Shown in pieces: positions 1 through 59,140 of a stretch of 64,000 nucleotides of DNA. Within the stretch, counting starts at the first letter, position 1; each line of letters starts with the position of its first letter. Both the position numbers and the translations under genes were made by a program. The notes under the pieces were generated by a model. It saw nothing but the letters and a program-made list of their open reading frames with translations, was not told where the DNA came from and did not search any database. This DNA comes from Chrysomallon squamiferum (lineage: Eukaryota; Animalia; Mollusca). The stretch lies in the NCBI GenBank assembly GCA_012295275.1, contig CM022671.1, positions 23,374,001-23,438,000 on the forward strand, read 5' to 3'.

Positions 1-107
1 ATTAAAAACATCTATATTTTATTTACAATGCCAAAATACCATTAATACTTTTCACATTAAAAACATCTATATTTTATTTACAATGCCAAAATACCATTAA
101 TACTTTT
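1..107. repeat. Tandem duplication, period 55 bp
   Basis: attaaaaacatctatattttatttacaatgccaaaataccattaatactttt occurs at 1-52 and 56-107. Confidence 0.9.
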
Positions 108-315
108 ATGTTTAAAAGAGTACAGCACTGAACATGTCTATGACAAGTACTCAAGGAACCAGGCAAACATGGTTGTCACAGAGTTGTCATAGACAGACTG
201 TTTTGAAGATAAGTCAGTGATAAAGTTTAATTATCTCATGATTTGTGTGCTTTTAATTTATTTTAAAGTAATAATAATAATAATAATATTTATTTTGTTT
301 TGTTTTATTCTTCTT

Positions 316-347
<32 letters not shown>

Positions 348-557
348 GTAAATATTCTTATTGAATTTTAACTTTTATATCTGCATTTTGTGAAATAAAA
401 AATATAGCTCTGGAGATGAGAAGAAAGGCAAAATAAACAACAAATCAAACTGTCTTGGAATGGCTATTATGACCTCTTATATATATAATCAGTAAAACTG
501 CATTTATAAAGGTAAGAAAAAGGAAGTAAAATAGTTATGATAATAAATAAATCTAAC

Positions 558-13522
<12,965 letters not shown>

Positions 13523-14350
13523 GACGATATGATATGTCAAATAACTGTCCTGGTTTTTTATTTTTTATTATTAAGTATGTTTCAAGAATAAGCTTTATTT
13601 TTATTATTTCTTCATTTCCCTCAACACATGGTAGCCATGCTACCGGAAGTTATTGCTGAAGAGAGTTGAAAGGTTTAAAGAGAGGAAATACCGAAATTGG
13701 ATTAAACATCGACTATTTTACCGATAACCGGACAATATTTAAAAGAAACCAGAAGAAATAAAATCAAATAACGTACAATATATAATATTAAATAACTGAA
13801 TTAATTTTTTTTTAAAAGTATGATAAAATACAATATTATTTCAAAAGGCACTGTACAAAAGGCAGCCGGCGTCTATTATTGGCACTATAATCAGTAGCTC
13901 CGCCCACAAGCCCGAAGCTATCGAATTCGGATAAATACAGTAACTGTGTATCGCAGAATAAATGGCCACTTGCATTTTTAGATAATTTAAATAATAAGAA
14001 TTTGTCAATTTCAAAACATTTTCTCTTTTATTTTATTCCAATAAAATGGACAAACAAATGAATAATACTAAGAGGAGATTTTTTGGAAATGCAGCATATT
14101 TTTGTTATAAAGATTCTTATTACACTGAAGAGTGAAGTACAAATTCTAATTTCTATAATTCTACTCATTAATAATCCTGCATATGTTAACAATATTAACT
14201 ATTAACATCATTTAAAATTATTTAATATATACTGTAAACGTATTATGATTGATGATTTTTACTCTGTCTTGTATGTTTATGCCTTTTCAAAATTAAATGT
14301 AACAGGTGGGAGGAAATTAAAAACTTTAAGGGAGACAACTGTGGTACAAA
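13523..14350. promoter_or_regulatory. Divergent (bidirectional) promoter region between RBM19 and PI4KA
   Basis: The two start codons are 828 bp apart, head-to-head, and CpG is locally retained. ETS-type CCGGAAGT 13643-13650, reverse CCAAT (ATTGG) 13878-13882, GC box CCGCCC 13900-13905, and YY1-like AAAATGGC overlapping the PI4KA ATG. Transcription start sites cannot be determined from sequence. Confidence 0.75.
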
Positions 14351-43483
<29,133 letters not shown>

Positions 43484-43936
43484 AAAAATAAGCTTGTCTG
43501 CAGATATATCTTGTTGAAATTTGTTAGTGACTTCTGCAATATCAGAAATTAAAAAGAAAAAAAGAATCCTTGTTAAAAAGAACATCATCTTAACTGTTTC
43601 AAAAATAAGCTTGGCTGAATGGATTCCTTGCTGCAGGTTATTTATGACTATGAACTCAGCTGCTGTGGAAAGACTATATAATTCTTCTGCAATACCAGAA
43701 CAAATTTACTTAGAAAAAAACATCCATGTATTCATTAAACTTCACTCAGTGTAAACTGGGATATACATGTATATATAATTTATTGTCTGTGCTTTCATTT
43801 ACTTAATTTGTTTAAATACCGATAAAACTAGAAATTTTACAAACAAAAAAGAAAATTAACTGAAGAGTGTTAACACCAGAACAGATTTATTCAAACATTG
43901 CTGTTTGTGATATCAGTGCATAGTGTTTTCAAACAA

Positions 43937-44190
43937 TCTTCTTCTTTTTGTTCACTTGTTGACTATGTGTCAAGTCCAGCAGTGACTGAATGATACTGTT
44001 CTCTATAGATCATTTTTTGTTCTGTACAGCTTGTTATGGAGAATTGTTGTAGTTTCACTCAGTTGCTGTAGGTTTATGCAGTTTTGGATGACATGTTCAG
44101 TCGTTTGTTCCGCTTCTCCACAGAAGCACATGGAAGAAGATACCAGCCAGAATATCTTATGCATATGTTGGCTCAGCTTGTTTCCCAAAG
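43937..44190 (-). mobile_element. Decayed 3' end of a non-LTR retrotransposon (I/Ingi/Nimb-like) downstream of the PI4KA stop
   Basis: Minus-strand translation NKLSQHMHK..SSMCFCGEAEQTTEHVIQNC..TILHNKLYRTKNDL carries the C-x-C...H-x4-C zinc knuckle typical of LINE ORF2 C-termini, followed by a GAAGAAGA tail (tcttcttc 43937-43944). The clade assignment is pattern recall, not a database search. Confidence 0.7.
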
Positions 44191-46621
44191 AATGATTCAG
44201 GATGTGTAAAGATATATGAAGTAGTTTATAAAATACGTACAAAAGGCTGAAAAAAAATATATATATTCTCTTTTATTATTCTTGTAAGTACAGTTCAAAC
44301 TGCATTTTATGAAGAAGCAGTTGTTTCCCTTCTTTGTTCAAATTTACAATTTCTACTGCAAAGTCTGTTTCATTATTCTGTCTATAAATGTATAAATAAA
44401 TTATCTCTGTTCTCATAAATTCATCAGCTCATTTTAATAATAATATTTTGTTCATTTCAAAAAATACATTAACTAACTGTTATTTAATACTTTGTAAATA
44501 TCAGATTTAAAACGGATCTGAAATTTTAGATATAAATAATGCTATTTGTTACTTCTTTTTGTATTTTTGATATATCGCTGTGATATTTTTACATGTGAAT
44601 TACTTCTGTAGAAATGAAGATATTCCTTCTTTTTTTTAAATCAATATTGTTTTATTTCTGTATAATGATTGTTACGCTGTTATTTCTTTTTGTTATTTAT
44701 ACTGTTTGGAACTTTGGCTTATCATTGTTGTTTTTTAGGGTGGTTGGGGGGTTTGTTCTGTATTTGTTCTTGTTTTTGTATTTTTTGTAGTTTTGGTATT
44801 TTTTTATTTTCATTCCAAAGAAAATATAATATGAAAAAGTAAAATAAAATATATATTCACAAAATATAATTTATTGATGGTATTCCATGCTGAACTGTTA
44901 ATTCTGGAGTTTGTTTTCACAGTTGTAAATATTCATATTGATGCGTATGACAATCATAATAACAGAAAAACCCCATTAATATCTTGTTTGATCCAGTGCA
45001 AGTTTATATAATTTAGACACTATATACCAAACTATTTTTTTCTCTTAGTAGAAGTTAATGTATATAATGTTAAGGTGTTTGATATACTTAATAAACTGAA
45101 AAATATTAGTAATTTAAAAATTATATATAGATCATTAATTGTTTGCAAATTATCAAACAGTGTACTTTTTGTAATATGTTAGCAGTTTTTGTTATATTTT
45201 AGTACATGTACAATAGAATGTATTTGAGATTTTTAGATACAATTTGTATTGTTATTAAATGTCATTTTCCTTTTTATAACAATATTTATAAAAGCATTAT
45301 AATTATTTAGGCTTTCCTTATTTTAAATGTAATCAGTGATTGAAGTATTTACTATATTAGTCATTTACTTAATACTTTTGTCAAGAATGCTTAATCCTGG
45401 AATCATTTTAGTTTGAGAACATTTTAAGAAAAAAAAATTTCATTAACCGATTATGATCCAAATGATTAAAATCCCACAAAACAATTTGTAATATATATAT
45501 ATATTTTTTTGTTGTTGTTGTTGTTGTTTTTGTTGTTTTTGTTGTTTAATACAATAAATTTTCAAAAAATAATAACATTAATTTTTTTTTAATATATATG
45601 AATGGGAAGGTTCTGTGGGATTTCAATTGTTTTATTATTTATACTCATACTAGATATTAACAAGAAATCCATTAATAGATACCATTAGTAAACAGCATTA
45701 TTTACTGGGTTAATGAGGGTGATTCTTTTGTGTGTTTTTTAATTAATTCATTTTTGTTAATTAATAGTATACAAATTATTCTTTTGTGTGTGTGTGTGTG
45801 TGTCTGTGTGTGTGTTTAACAGAACAGGTACTTTTTTTTAGTATTTATAAATATAGCTGAAATGTTTGTTTCTCTAAAGGTTTTTGTGGAATAAACTAAT
45901 TTGTTATGTTTCTGTTATTTCTCGTTTTTATATTCAGAATGCGTTAATGATTACTGTTATTTGTAATCTGCATCCTATTATCATTATGTATAGTTCAAAG
46001 ATGTCTTGTCTCATACATGTTTTAATTTATAAAGTATGTGAGTAAAGAATAACCATAATGTGATGTTCAAAATGACATTATAATCTACCAGTGTTTTCAA
46101 GACGTATTTAATTAGACCTCGTCTTTTCATGGGGCATGCAGTTGAGGCATAATGCCCATAACTTTATTCAAATTCTAAAAATAGATAATGCATACCATCC
46201 ATTGATAAAAGGTTATGAGTTCATCTAAAATGATTAAATATACAATATTATTCAAAAAATGTATCACTTGTGACAGGGTAACTAGTCACTGTTAAAAATG
46301 TTGAAATGAACGTTTTATGTTTATCTTTGTCTTGAATAGAGTTGCTGGAATGTTTCATCTCCCTCTTACATTTAGTTGAAAATGCAACATTTTTCAAACG
46401 ATAAAATTTCCTAGAGCCGCTACCAAATAATAATTTAAAGAAAAAAAAAAAAAGGCAAATTGTCATTTCGTACATTTTACATTTTACAATTAGACAGTTA
46501 TAATTGAGGCCCAGGTAGTCTACAAAATAAAATGCCAAGACAAAGAAGAAAACTGAAAAGGTCGGAAAAAAACCAACAATTGTATCTACTTCCAACAGCC
46601 AACAGTCTGCACATAAAATAA

Positions 46622-46667
<46 letters not shown>

Positions 46668-47387
46668 AAAATTAAAATTATGGTTTTATTTGAATCACTA
46701 AAATAAGTGGGATACACTAATCATCAATTTGGGTCCAGTTTGCTAATTCATAAATTTCCGTTAGTTTAATCAAAATGCAGACGATGACACTAAATTTTAC
46801 TAAAAGCAATGTTGACGATTTGTTTGTCGTCTTTTCTAACGGGCGGACAGGAAAGTTTTGAAACTGAAGTTATTAAAATGTCAAGTGAATGTTTGCGCCA
46901 CTACATCTCTGATTTTTTACCCCGACCAAGCATTTTGCTCCGTTTGTATCTTACAACGTTTTAAAATTAATGTTTGGTTATAATTTAAAACTGACAAACA
47001 GTCTTGCATTTGTTTCTTTTATTATTATTAGGTATTATTATTTTTGGCTGTTGTTGTTAATGTAAAAAGACCAATGCGGCGAAAAGAGGCTGCAAGAAAG
47101 ACTATTATCTACGACGTAGTTCGATGCTGAAATCTAAATTAATACCAGGTTTATTTATTTATTTATTGTAAATGACAAAACTAAGTACATTCATGTATTC
47201 TGCATGCATATAAATAACAGAAACGAATGCTTCACAATGGCGTCATTTATTGATACAATAATTATTATAGCATTACACTGTAAATTAAATCAGCTTTGGA
47301 AGTGACAGGGACGAGGAAAAGGGTGATAATTATGCTTTGGTTCTAGACTAAATATTGTATTGGGCCCATTATCACTAAATGAATTAT

Positions 47388-47436
<49 letters not shown>

Positions 47437-48059
47437 TAAAATACATATCTAAGGAGTTTAATTTTTTTTTTTTTTTTTTAGCCAACTGAATTTCATGTAT
47501 TTGTAAACGTTTCATTTTTTTTTTTTTAATTTTATAAGATTGATGAAGAAATAACTTATTCATGACTGTTATGAATGAAACGTTTACCGAGTAAATGTCC
47601 CATTAATCATTTAAGTAAATGGAATATAGCATTGAAGACAGCCTTTTTTTTAATAGCCAAAGGAATCTAAGGTGAAGAGGATATGAAAGACAAAGGATGT
47701 GTGAAATACAATTCTAATCGGATGAAATATTCACGAATGATTCACACAAATAAATAGAAAAATAAATAATATAAATATAAAATAAAATAAAATCATCGAA
47801 AATTTAATTTGTTTAAAACTAGAAATTTTATAAACGAAAACGAAGATTAAACTGGAGGAGTATTACAATGTTCTCAGACACACCCAGGGTGAACCGAAGC
47901 GTGCTAGCACCAGAACAAATCGATTACAAATCGAATGAATCGATCATAAATCCTGTCGTTAAACTTCGACAGAGCAACGAGCAATACGTAATGTGCCGAA
48001 GATTTCCATAGTTGAATTTTTCTTATTCTTAACGAATAAAATAATTTTTTCCATTTTTT

Positions 48060-48093
<34 letters not shown>

Positions 48094-48875
48094 GGCACAT
48101 TGTGATTTTAAAAAAAATAATAATAAAAATAAGAAGAAGAAGAAGGAAAAGAAACAGTCAATATTTCGTGACCAGACGATATTTTGCTTTATTGACGTTT
48201 ATTTTGAAAGGGCACATTTTTCATAACGCTTAGCACAACGAACATATAATTATATGAACAATATATGTGTATTTTTAACTATGACGTAGACTATCGGCAG
48301 ATATTTTATTTATTGCATCATGTATGAATTATTTTGGTACTTTAACATATATGTAGGAATAATATATCTATATGTTTTATACACTTATAAAAACGATTTA
48401 ATCACAATATTTCTTTTTATTATTGTTATTTATTTATAAAATACTGTGTTACATATTGCACAAGGTAAACATAAAATGATATACAAATCAAATACATTTG
48501 TTTGAACAGAAGGAGAGTATAAAACAAAATCCAGTTGTCAATTTATTATGTTGTTGTTGTTTTTTTTAAAAAGAAAATAGAAAAAAATGCATCTTTTAAG
48601 ATATCCTAAAAGGCATGCAAAAACATTCTAAGCATAAACATTGATCAAATATTAATTATTGACGAATTTTTAAACCACAGTTTAGGTTTTTATGTAACAA
48701 TTTATGAAGCTACGTGCAATAAAAAAGTCTACACAAAAATCAGTAAAAACGTTTACATACAAAAATACAGTGGAGTATTTTCACTTGCAATCACCAGGTG
48801 CAATTTCTGCTACAAGCAACATTGAGCAATTAACGTGCAATGGACTCTTCTAGGCAAGTTATTTATTCATTTACA

Positions 48876-48923
<48 letters not shown>

Positions 48924-49787
48924 CAAATGAGTTTATGAAAACGCATTCTATACAGAAAATTTTGAGTATATATATATATATATATAGTTTTAGATGTATA
49001 GTTTTACAGATATTTTTATTCTTGTTATTTCTTTCTTCTATATTTATAACAGTTTACAGAGAGAAAAATATATGGATTTTGTTTTAAATTCTAAATAAAT
49101 ATTGCTGCATAGAATACTAATACTATAGTTCATAATCTGTACACCTATTCTACGATATTACTTTAATAACGTGAGATTTCTCTTCTCTATTATGTGTAGA
49201 AAATATGAATTTCGAGATATAAGAAATTTACATCTATATCATTTCTAACTACACTATATATTTAACAAAATAGTGTGACGATTTTTTTCTTTGAACTTGT
49301 ATTCATCTTTCGTTTTTCTCTCTCTTTCTCACACACATACACCCTTACAAAGCAGTCTGTATACAGGCATACAGTTTTCAGATCAGATGCGGACATACTG
49401 TATAAACATATAAACTTATCTATTACAGTCATACTACCCACGCTACCAAATAAGGACAAGTAATACATAAAAAGAAAAGTAAGTACAACGTAGATTAGTG
49501 TTATGCACTCTGAGGTTTATCACAAAAGCAAGACCCCTTTGACACAAGAAACCAAAAAAAAAAAAAGTGCACCAAAAATATATAATTCCGAAGTAGACTC
49601 AGATATAAGTATTTTCGTTTCAAACAAAGGTGGACATTCTTTTTAGCGATCTAAAAGCAAATATCTTCAAAATCAAGATTGTATAGCACATAAATAAATC
49701 CAAAAAGCAAACATTTATTACTTTTTGCTAATAAAAGAAACATCAAAAGTGAAGGCAAAACAAAACAATATTAACAAACACAATTCG

Positions 49788-49826
<39 letters not shown>

Positions 49827-50893
49827 TTCGATTTTTCGCAGGTGAGTCTGTATTTAAAGATCTGGAATATTCACTATTCTTTGAGTGTTAACAACACTGC
49901 TTCATTATTACAGACAACTCAGAAATAAATGATTTCCTTGTTTTGGCCAGAAGTCATTGGGCAGGTTCAAGATTGAATTTTTATCGAAGCTTGACGAAAA
50001 CTGCCCACTGACGTAAAACACCTGCAGTACTTAGTTCATCGTCATTAATTTTTAAAAGTATTGGGCACATTACGAGCCACTACAGAACTATTTCTACCAT
50101 CACATCGCTTATCGTTTAGTTTGAGCTAGTAATGGCAAGGGAGGGCCTGTGATGGAAATATATGTGATAGTACTTGAACTTCGGATGTAGTTATTGATAA
50201 AGATTTGATTCATTACACCACAGTATTTTAATTATTAGTATTTTCAGTGATACTATGTGTACAGAAATTGAAGTCTGACAAAGACATTCAATAAGCAGTT
50301 ATAATAATCTTTAACGTTTCACGATTTCTAAAGTCTTTGTTAAAAATGTTCGTCAGCACAATAAAACTATAATTTCTTTTAAAAAAAGAAAAAAAAAAAA
50401 AATTCACGTTTCAAGGGAGACAACAAGCTGCTGTCGCCTGCTTTTGTTTGCTAGGAGCACAGCTATTGGTGGATTCCGAGCAATTAATGCAAAACTAATT
50501 CTGATTAGTCTGGTTTAATGTTCAGAAAATATTTGTATTTATAATTTTAAAAAGTTCTTTACATTTGCATATTTGAACTGATACAGGTATGATTGTTCAA
50601 TAGAACCAAAAATAGTAATGAATTTATTTTGTAAATACAAAAATTATCAAATATGTTGAGTATGATGTTTATGTATATAAGTGAAACTTGGTAAAAAGTT
50701 TCTAATTGTTCCACGACAGGTGTTGTTTTCTTCGTTTACTACCGCTGTTCATTAATTAATTCTTTAAAATCTTTGGGAAAATACGTGGATTTAAAGAATA
50801 TATATTTTTTAAATACACACAAAATGTTCAAATCTGCTGGTATTTGTGAAAACGTTTTTAAAGCTTTAAAAGATGGAAATGGTTTAAATTTAA

Positions 50894-50928
<35 letters not shown>

Positions 50929-52161
50929 TTTTTTTTTTTTTTAATATATAATTACTGAAATAATGGGAATGAATTTGGCCCCGAAAATGTGTTAGTGAGA
51001 CCCTTTGGTAATGACTGTTTTCGTGGAGCGAAGTTTTGGACAGCGGTAGCAGACGGGTCTCTGTATCTCTGTATACTGAGCAAAAAAAAAAAAAAAAAAA
51101 AAAAAAATTTAAATCACCATTTAGGATCATGAAATATTTTTAAGCATAAAGTGACGATATGAATCATTCACTTGAAAAGCTACAATAATACAATTGTTGA
51201 CGTAAATTTATTATCGATTGTGAACTTCATGCATTATTTACGTAAAGTGCAAAAGCCATCAAGATAACTAATGAAACATTCCATGATCCGGAGGTGTTTT
51301 TTACTCCTTTTTTATTTTTATTTTTTTTGTTGTTCAGTATAGATGATCTAGACTTATTTGGTATGGTCTCGGTTGTTATTAAGATAATCTTCTTGTAAAT
51401 TCATCAACGGGAAAAAAAAATAATGCCAGATAGAAACATACTTGTGTATACACATCAACATGTACAAGCAGAAATAAATAAATACACTTAAAAATTAATT
51501 ATAAAAGGGAAAAAAAAAAAATTGGTTTCTGAAATAATTTATAAGTTCCACAACACTTGTTGAGAATGAAGGAATACATAAGCAGGTATTCTGAACATGT
51601 GATATTATAGCGTAACAAGAGGCACATATCTGAGACAAAAAAACGATTTTGAGAAGTATATAATTATTCTGATTTCTTCATGGATGTGACCTCAACAGTT
51701 AAAATTTAATATATCCTAATCGAAAGCATATACTGGTATAAAATTTTAAAAAAGTGAATTGCTGTTGTTTATTTTATGTTTAATAATAGAATTTTCCATT
51801 ATATTTATGATTATAATTAGTTTGTTTGTATCTGATAGGTTTGTTATTATCTATTTTTTTTTTTTAATTTTTAAATATTTTTTTTTTTTTTTGTAGATAA
51901 AACAAATTATTTTTATTTTTTGTTTATTTAATCATTTTTGATTTTTTTTTTTTTTTTCGTTATTTTTTAATTTATTTTTGTTTTTTATTATTATTATTAT
52001 TACATATCCTATCAGAATGTGCATTGGTAAATGCTACAATTACTCAGACCGATATTTCATACTTAAAACTTTTTTTTTTTGTCCTTGTATTCCTCATTCC
52101 ACTTCAGTTGAGGTAAATATATTGGCAGTTAAAAACAAAGACTAAAGCTCGTTTTTGTTTC

Positions 52162-56412
<4,251 letters not shown>

Positions 56413-56431
56413 CTGAAGTAAATAAATAAAC

Positions 56432-56462
<31 letters not shown>

Positions 56463-56800
56463 AGATAAACAATGTCGAATTCTCATCACAGTAATATCTT
56501 TGAAGCTACCAGAAAGTAATATTTGTTGTATGTTTTGTTGTTGTTGTTATTATTTTGATGATGCTTATATATATATATATATATTAACATAAATTAACAT
56601 ATATATATATATATATTAATATAAGTTAATTCATTTACCTAGAAGAAATAGATATTAAATCTTACATGTGTTTTGAATCATGTCCTGATAATGTACTGCA
56701 CATTGCTGTTATAAATTAAATTATTAAAAATAACGTTAAACAAAGATATCGTATTACAGCAAATACTCAGATACAAAAGTTAATCTGTTTTGTAAGTGTC

Positions 56801-56826
56801 TTATTATTATTATTATTATTATTATG

Positions 56827-56908
<82 letters not shown>
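56801..56908. repeat. (ATT)n microsatellite
   Basis: TTA repeat; source of the poly-Y and poly-N pseudo-ORFs. Confidence 0.95.
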
Positions 56909-56912
<4 letters not shown>

Positions 56913-58199
56913 TACATTTCTTTCTTATCAGTATCTGAAGAAGAAAAAAAGCTGTCCAAAAAAACAAACAACTTTATGAGTAAATTTATCATAAACTAAC
57001 GTCTGTGTTTATTTTGCTGAACACTCGTAAGATTGAGTGTAGATAATAAACCTATCATAGCAAAAAAAACACCAGACAAACACATACACAAAGAGGCAAA
57101 AAACAACCCATCAAGGTGGTTTTATATTAGGATGCATGGTCTCATTTGTAACATAAGTGATTCTTTGTGTGTACGCGACTTGAGAACTTTCTCAGTATTA
57201 AGTAGGCGGACGGGATCCCAGCATGTCCAGACATGTACAGAAACGTGGATACCAGTGATGAGAACTGCAGATGGTGGATAAGAGTTTTTTTTTTTTTTTT
57301 TTTGAAATGTAGTATGAATGCTCGTTTAAACGAAAGAGGAAATGGTTCATGATTATGTGCGATTGATAACTGACGATGGTGCAGTGACTGGAAGATCCTC
57401 AAAATACTGAATGCACCGACCGCTTGTTTCTGTTAAACAGAATGAATCATAGTTATATGGTTTATGAGTTAACCAGGATTAACTGAAAGATAATAAAACC
57501 AAATTTTAAAAAAATGATTTTTTTTATACATTAGTAAGGGTAGTGTTTCACTAAACTGTTTTAACTGTTTTATCAAAAAAGAGTTTGTCGGTGGTGATTG
57601 TTGTCTTATAGGGTGTTGTTGCTGTCGTTGTTGTTTTCGAAGCTCTTATCTGGTAGCTTAGACGTATAGTTAGTTCAGGTTAACTCTCAAGATCTTAAGA
57701 TAACCGAAACTCATTTTGTTGTATTTGCGCTGGTCGTCTTTAGAATTTCTTTTGAAAACAGTCGAATTTCTGTTTGTATGTTTTCACTGCACTATGTATA
57801 CCTGGTTTGTTAGCAAACATTTTACATATTTCAACGATCAACAAACACTGGTGCTAACAGCCGACGTCTCGGAAACCACTTAGCAACAGGTGGCAGCACT
57901 TGGCCGATCACTAACAAATTTAGCTGACCGCAGATGCCCGAGAGAAGTGGATACGGGACAAAAGGTCAGCCGACAACATGTAGTCACAGAACAGAGTATG
58001 TTGTAGCAGATTTATTCAGTCTCACGACGTTTCGTCGTTTTCGAGAGCAGAAAATAAAACGTCTTATGTACCAGAAGCCGACATTAATTCTTTTTAAATA
58101 TGTTTTATCTGATAAATGTATATTTAACGTATTGAATGAATTAGTGAGGGAGAGATAAACAACAGAAGCCAATACAGAGCAAGAGAAAAAGTCGGAGTT

Positions 58200-58550
58200 A
58201 AAGACAGACAGATAGACAGAGAGACAGAAAAAGAAAGAAACAAAGAGATTGATATACACAAACTTTAGCTTTGAATATAATGTCACAGTTCTTCTTCTGA
58301 ATTGTGTACTAAATCAAAAGAGAGAATTGAAGACAGCTATAAAATGAAAGAAAGAAAGAAAGAATCCGATATAGACAAACTTTAACTTTGAATATCATGT
58401 TACAGTTCTTCTTCAGAAATGAGTACTAATTAAGAGGGGAAGAGACAGACAGTCATTGAAAGAAAGAAAAAAAGAAACTGATATACACGGTCTTTTAGCT
58501 TTGGGTATAATATTACAGTTCTCTTTTTTTTTTCTGAATTGCGAATTAAA
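58200..58550. repeat. Degenerate tandem repeat, about 115-bp unit, 3 copies
   Basis: The core gatatacacaaactttagctttgaatataatgtcacagttcttc recurs near 58251, 58368 and 58480, with GA-rich spacers. Confidence 0.8.
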
Positions 58551-58914
58551 TGATTCCGCACCCCAGTGTCTGTCTGCCTGAAAATAAATTAAACTGGTTA
58601 TCACTTAGAAGTTCATCAGAAATTCCCCGAAGAAGCTTTTCGTTGGTGGCTACCAAACTGCAGTGCTGAATTGGTTGTTAATTGAGCGAGAGATGAATCT
58701 CACTCATGCGTCAAGTCCGCCTGCTGCTAGTTATCTGTATATTAGTACAGGTCTATTTATATATATATATATATATACTTTATAGTCACATGACTGTAGT
58801 TTTCATATAGCTAATATCATATAGAACCTGCAGCTACTTTTTAATAAGACTGGCTTGTGATGGAAAGAATTTTTGTCTGGTTAAAAACTTGATTTAAAAA
58901 TTATATTAATTATG

Positions 58915-58915
<1 letters not shown>

Positions 58916-58980
<65 letters not shown>

Positions 58981-59140
58981 CATTATTATCATTGTTATTA
59001 TTGTTATTATTATTATTATACTACAACAACAACTATTACTACTGCTGCTGGGGTACGGGAAAAATCCATTTTTTCCGGTGCCATTTTTTCCTACAACCAC
59101 TACTACTACTACTGCTGCTGATGCTGCTGCTACTACTACT
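58916..59140. repeat. Compound (ATT)n/(CTA)n/(CTG)n microsatellite with a short embedded insertion
   Basis: Triplet runs interrupted by a non-repeat insert of about 48 bp at 59051-59098. Confidence 0.85.

Noticed and set aside
330-557. Possible final RBM19 exon after ctccag or tgcag acceptors
   Set aside because: The resulting short peptides (for example ELYFYFTKCRYKS) do not resemble an RBM19 C-terminus; the true last exon is probably outside the window.
43521-43754. 77-aa ORF just after the PI4KA stop (possible readthrough or downstream ORF)
   Set aside because: The stop is TAA-A at the conserved IPY C-terminus, not a leaky context, and the peptide has no recognisable homology.
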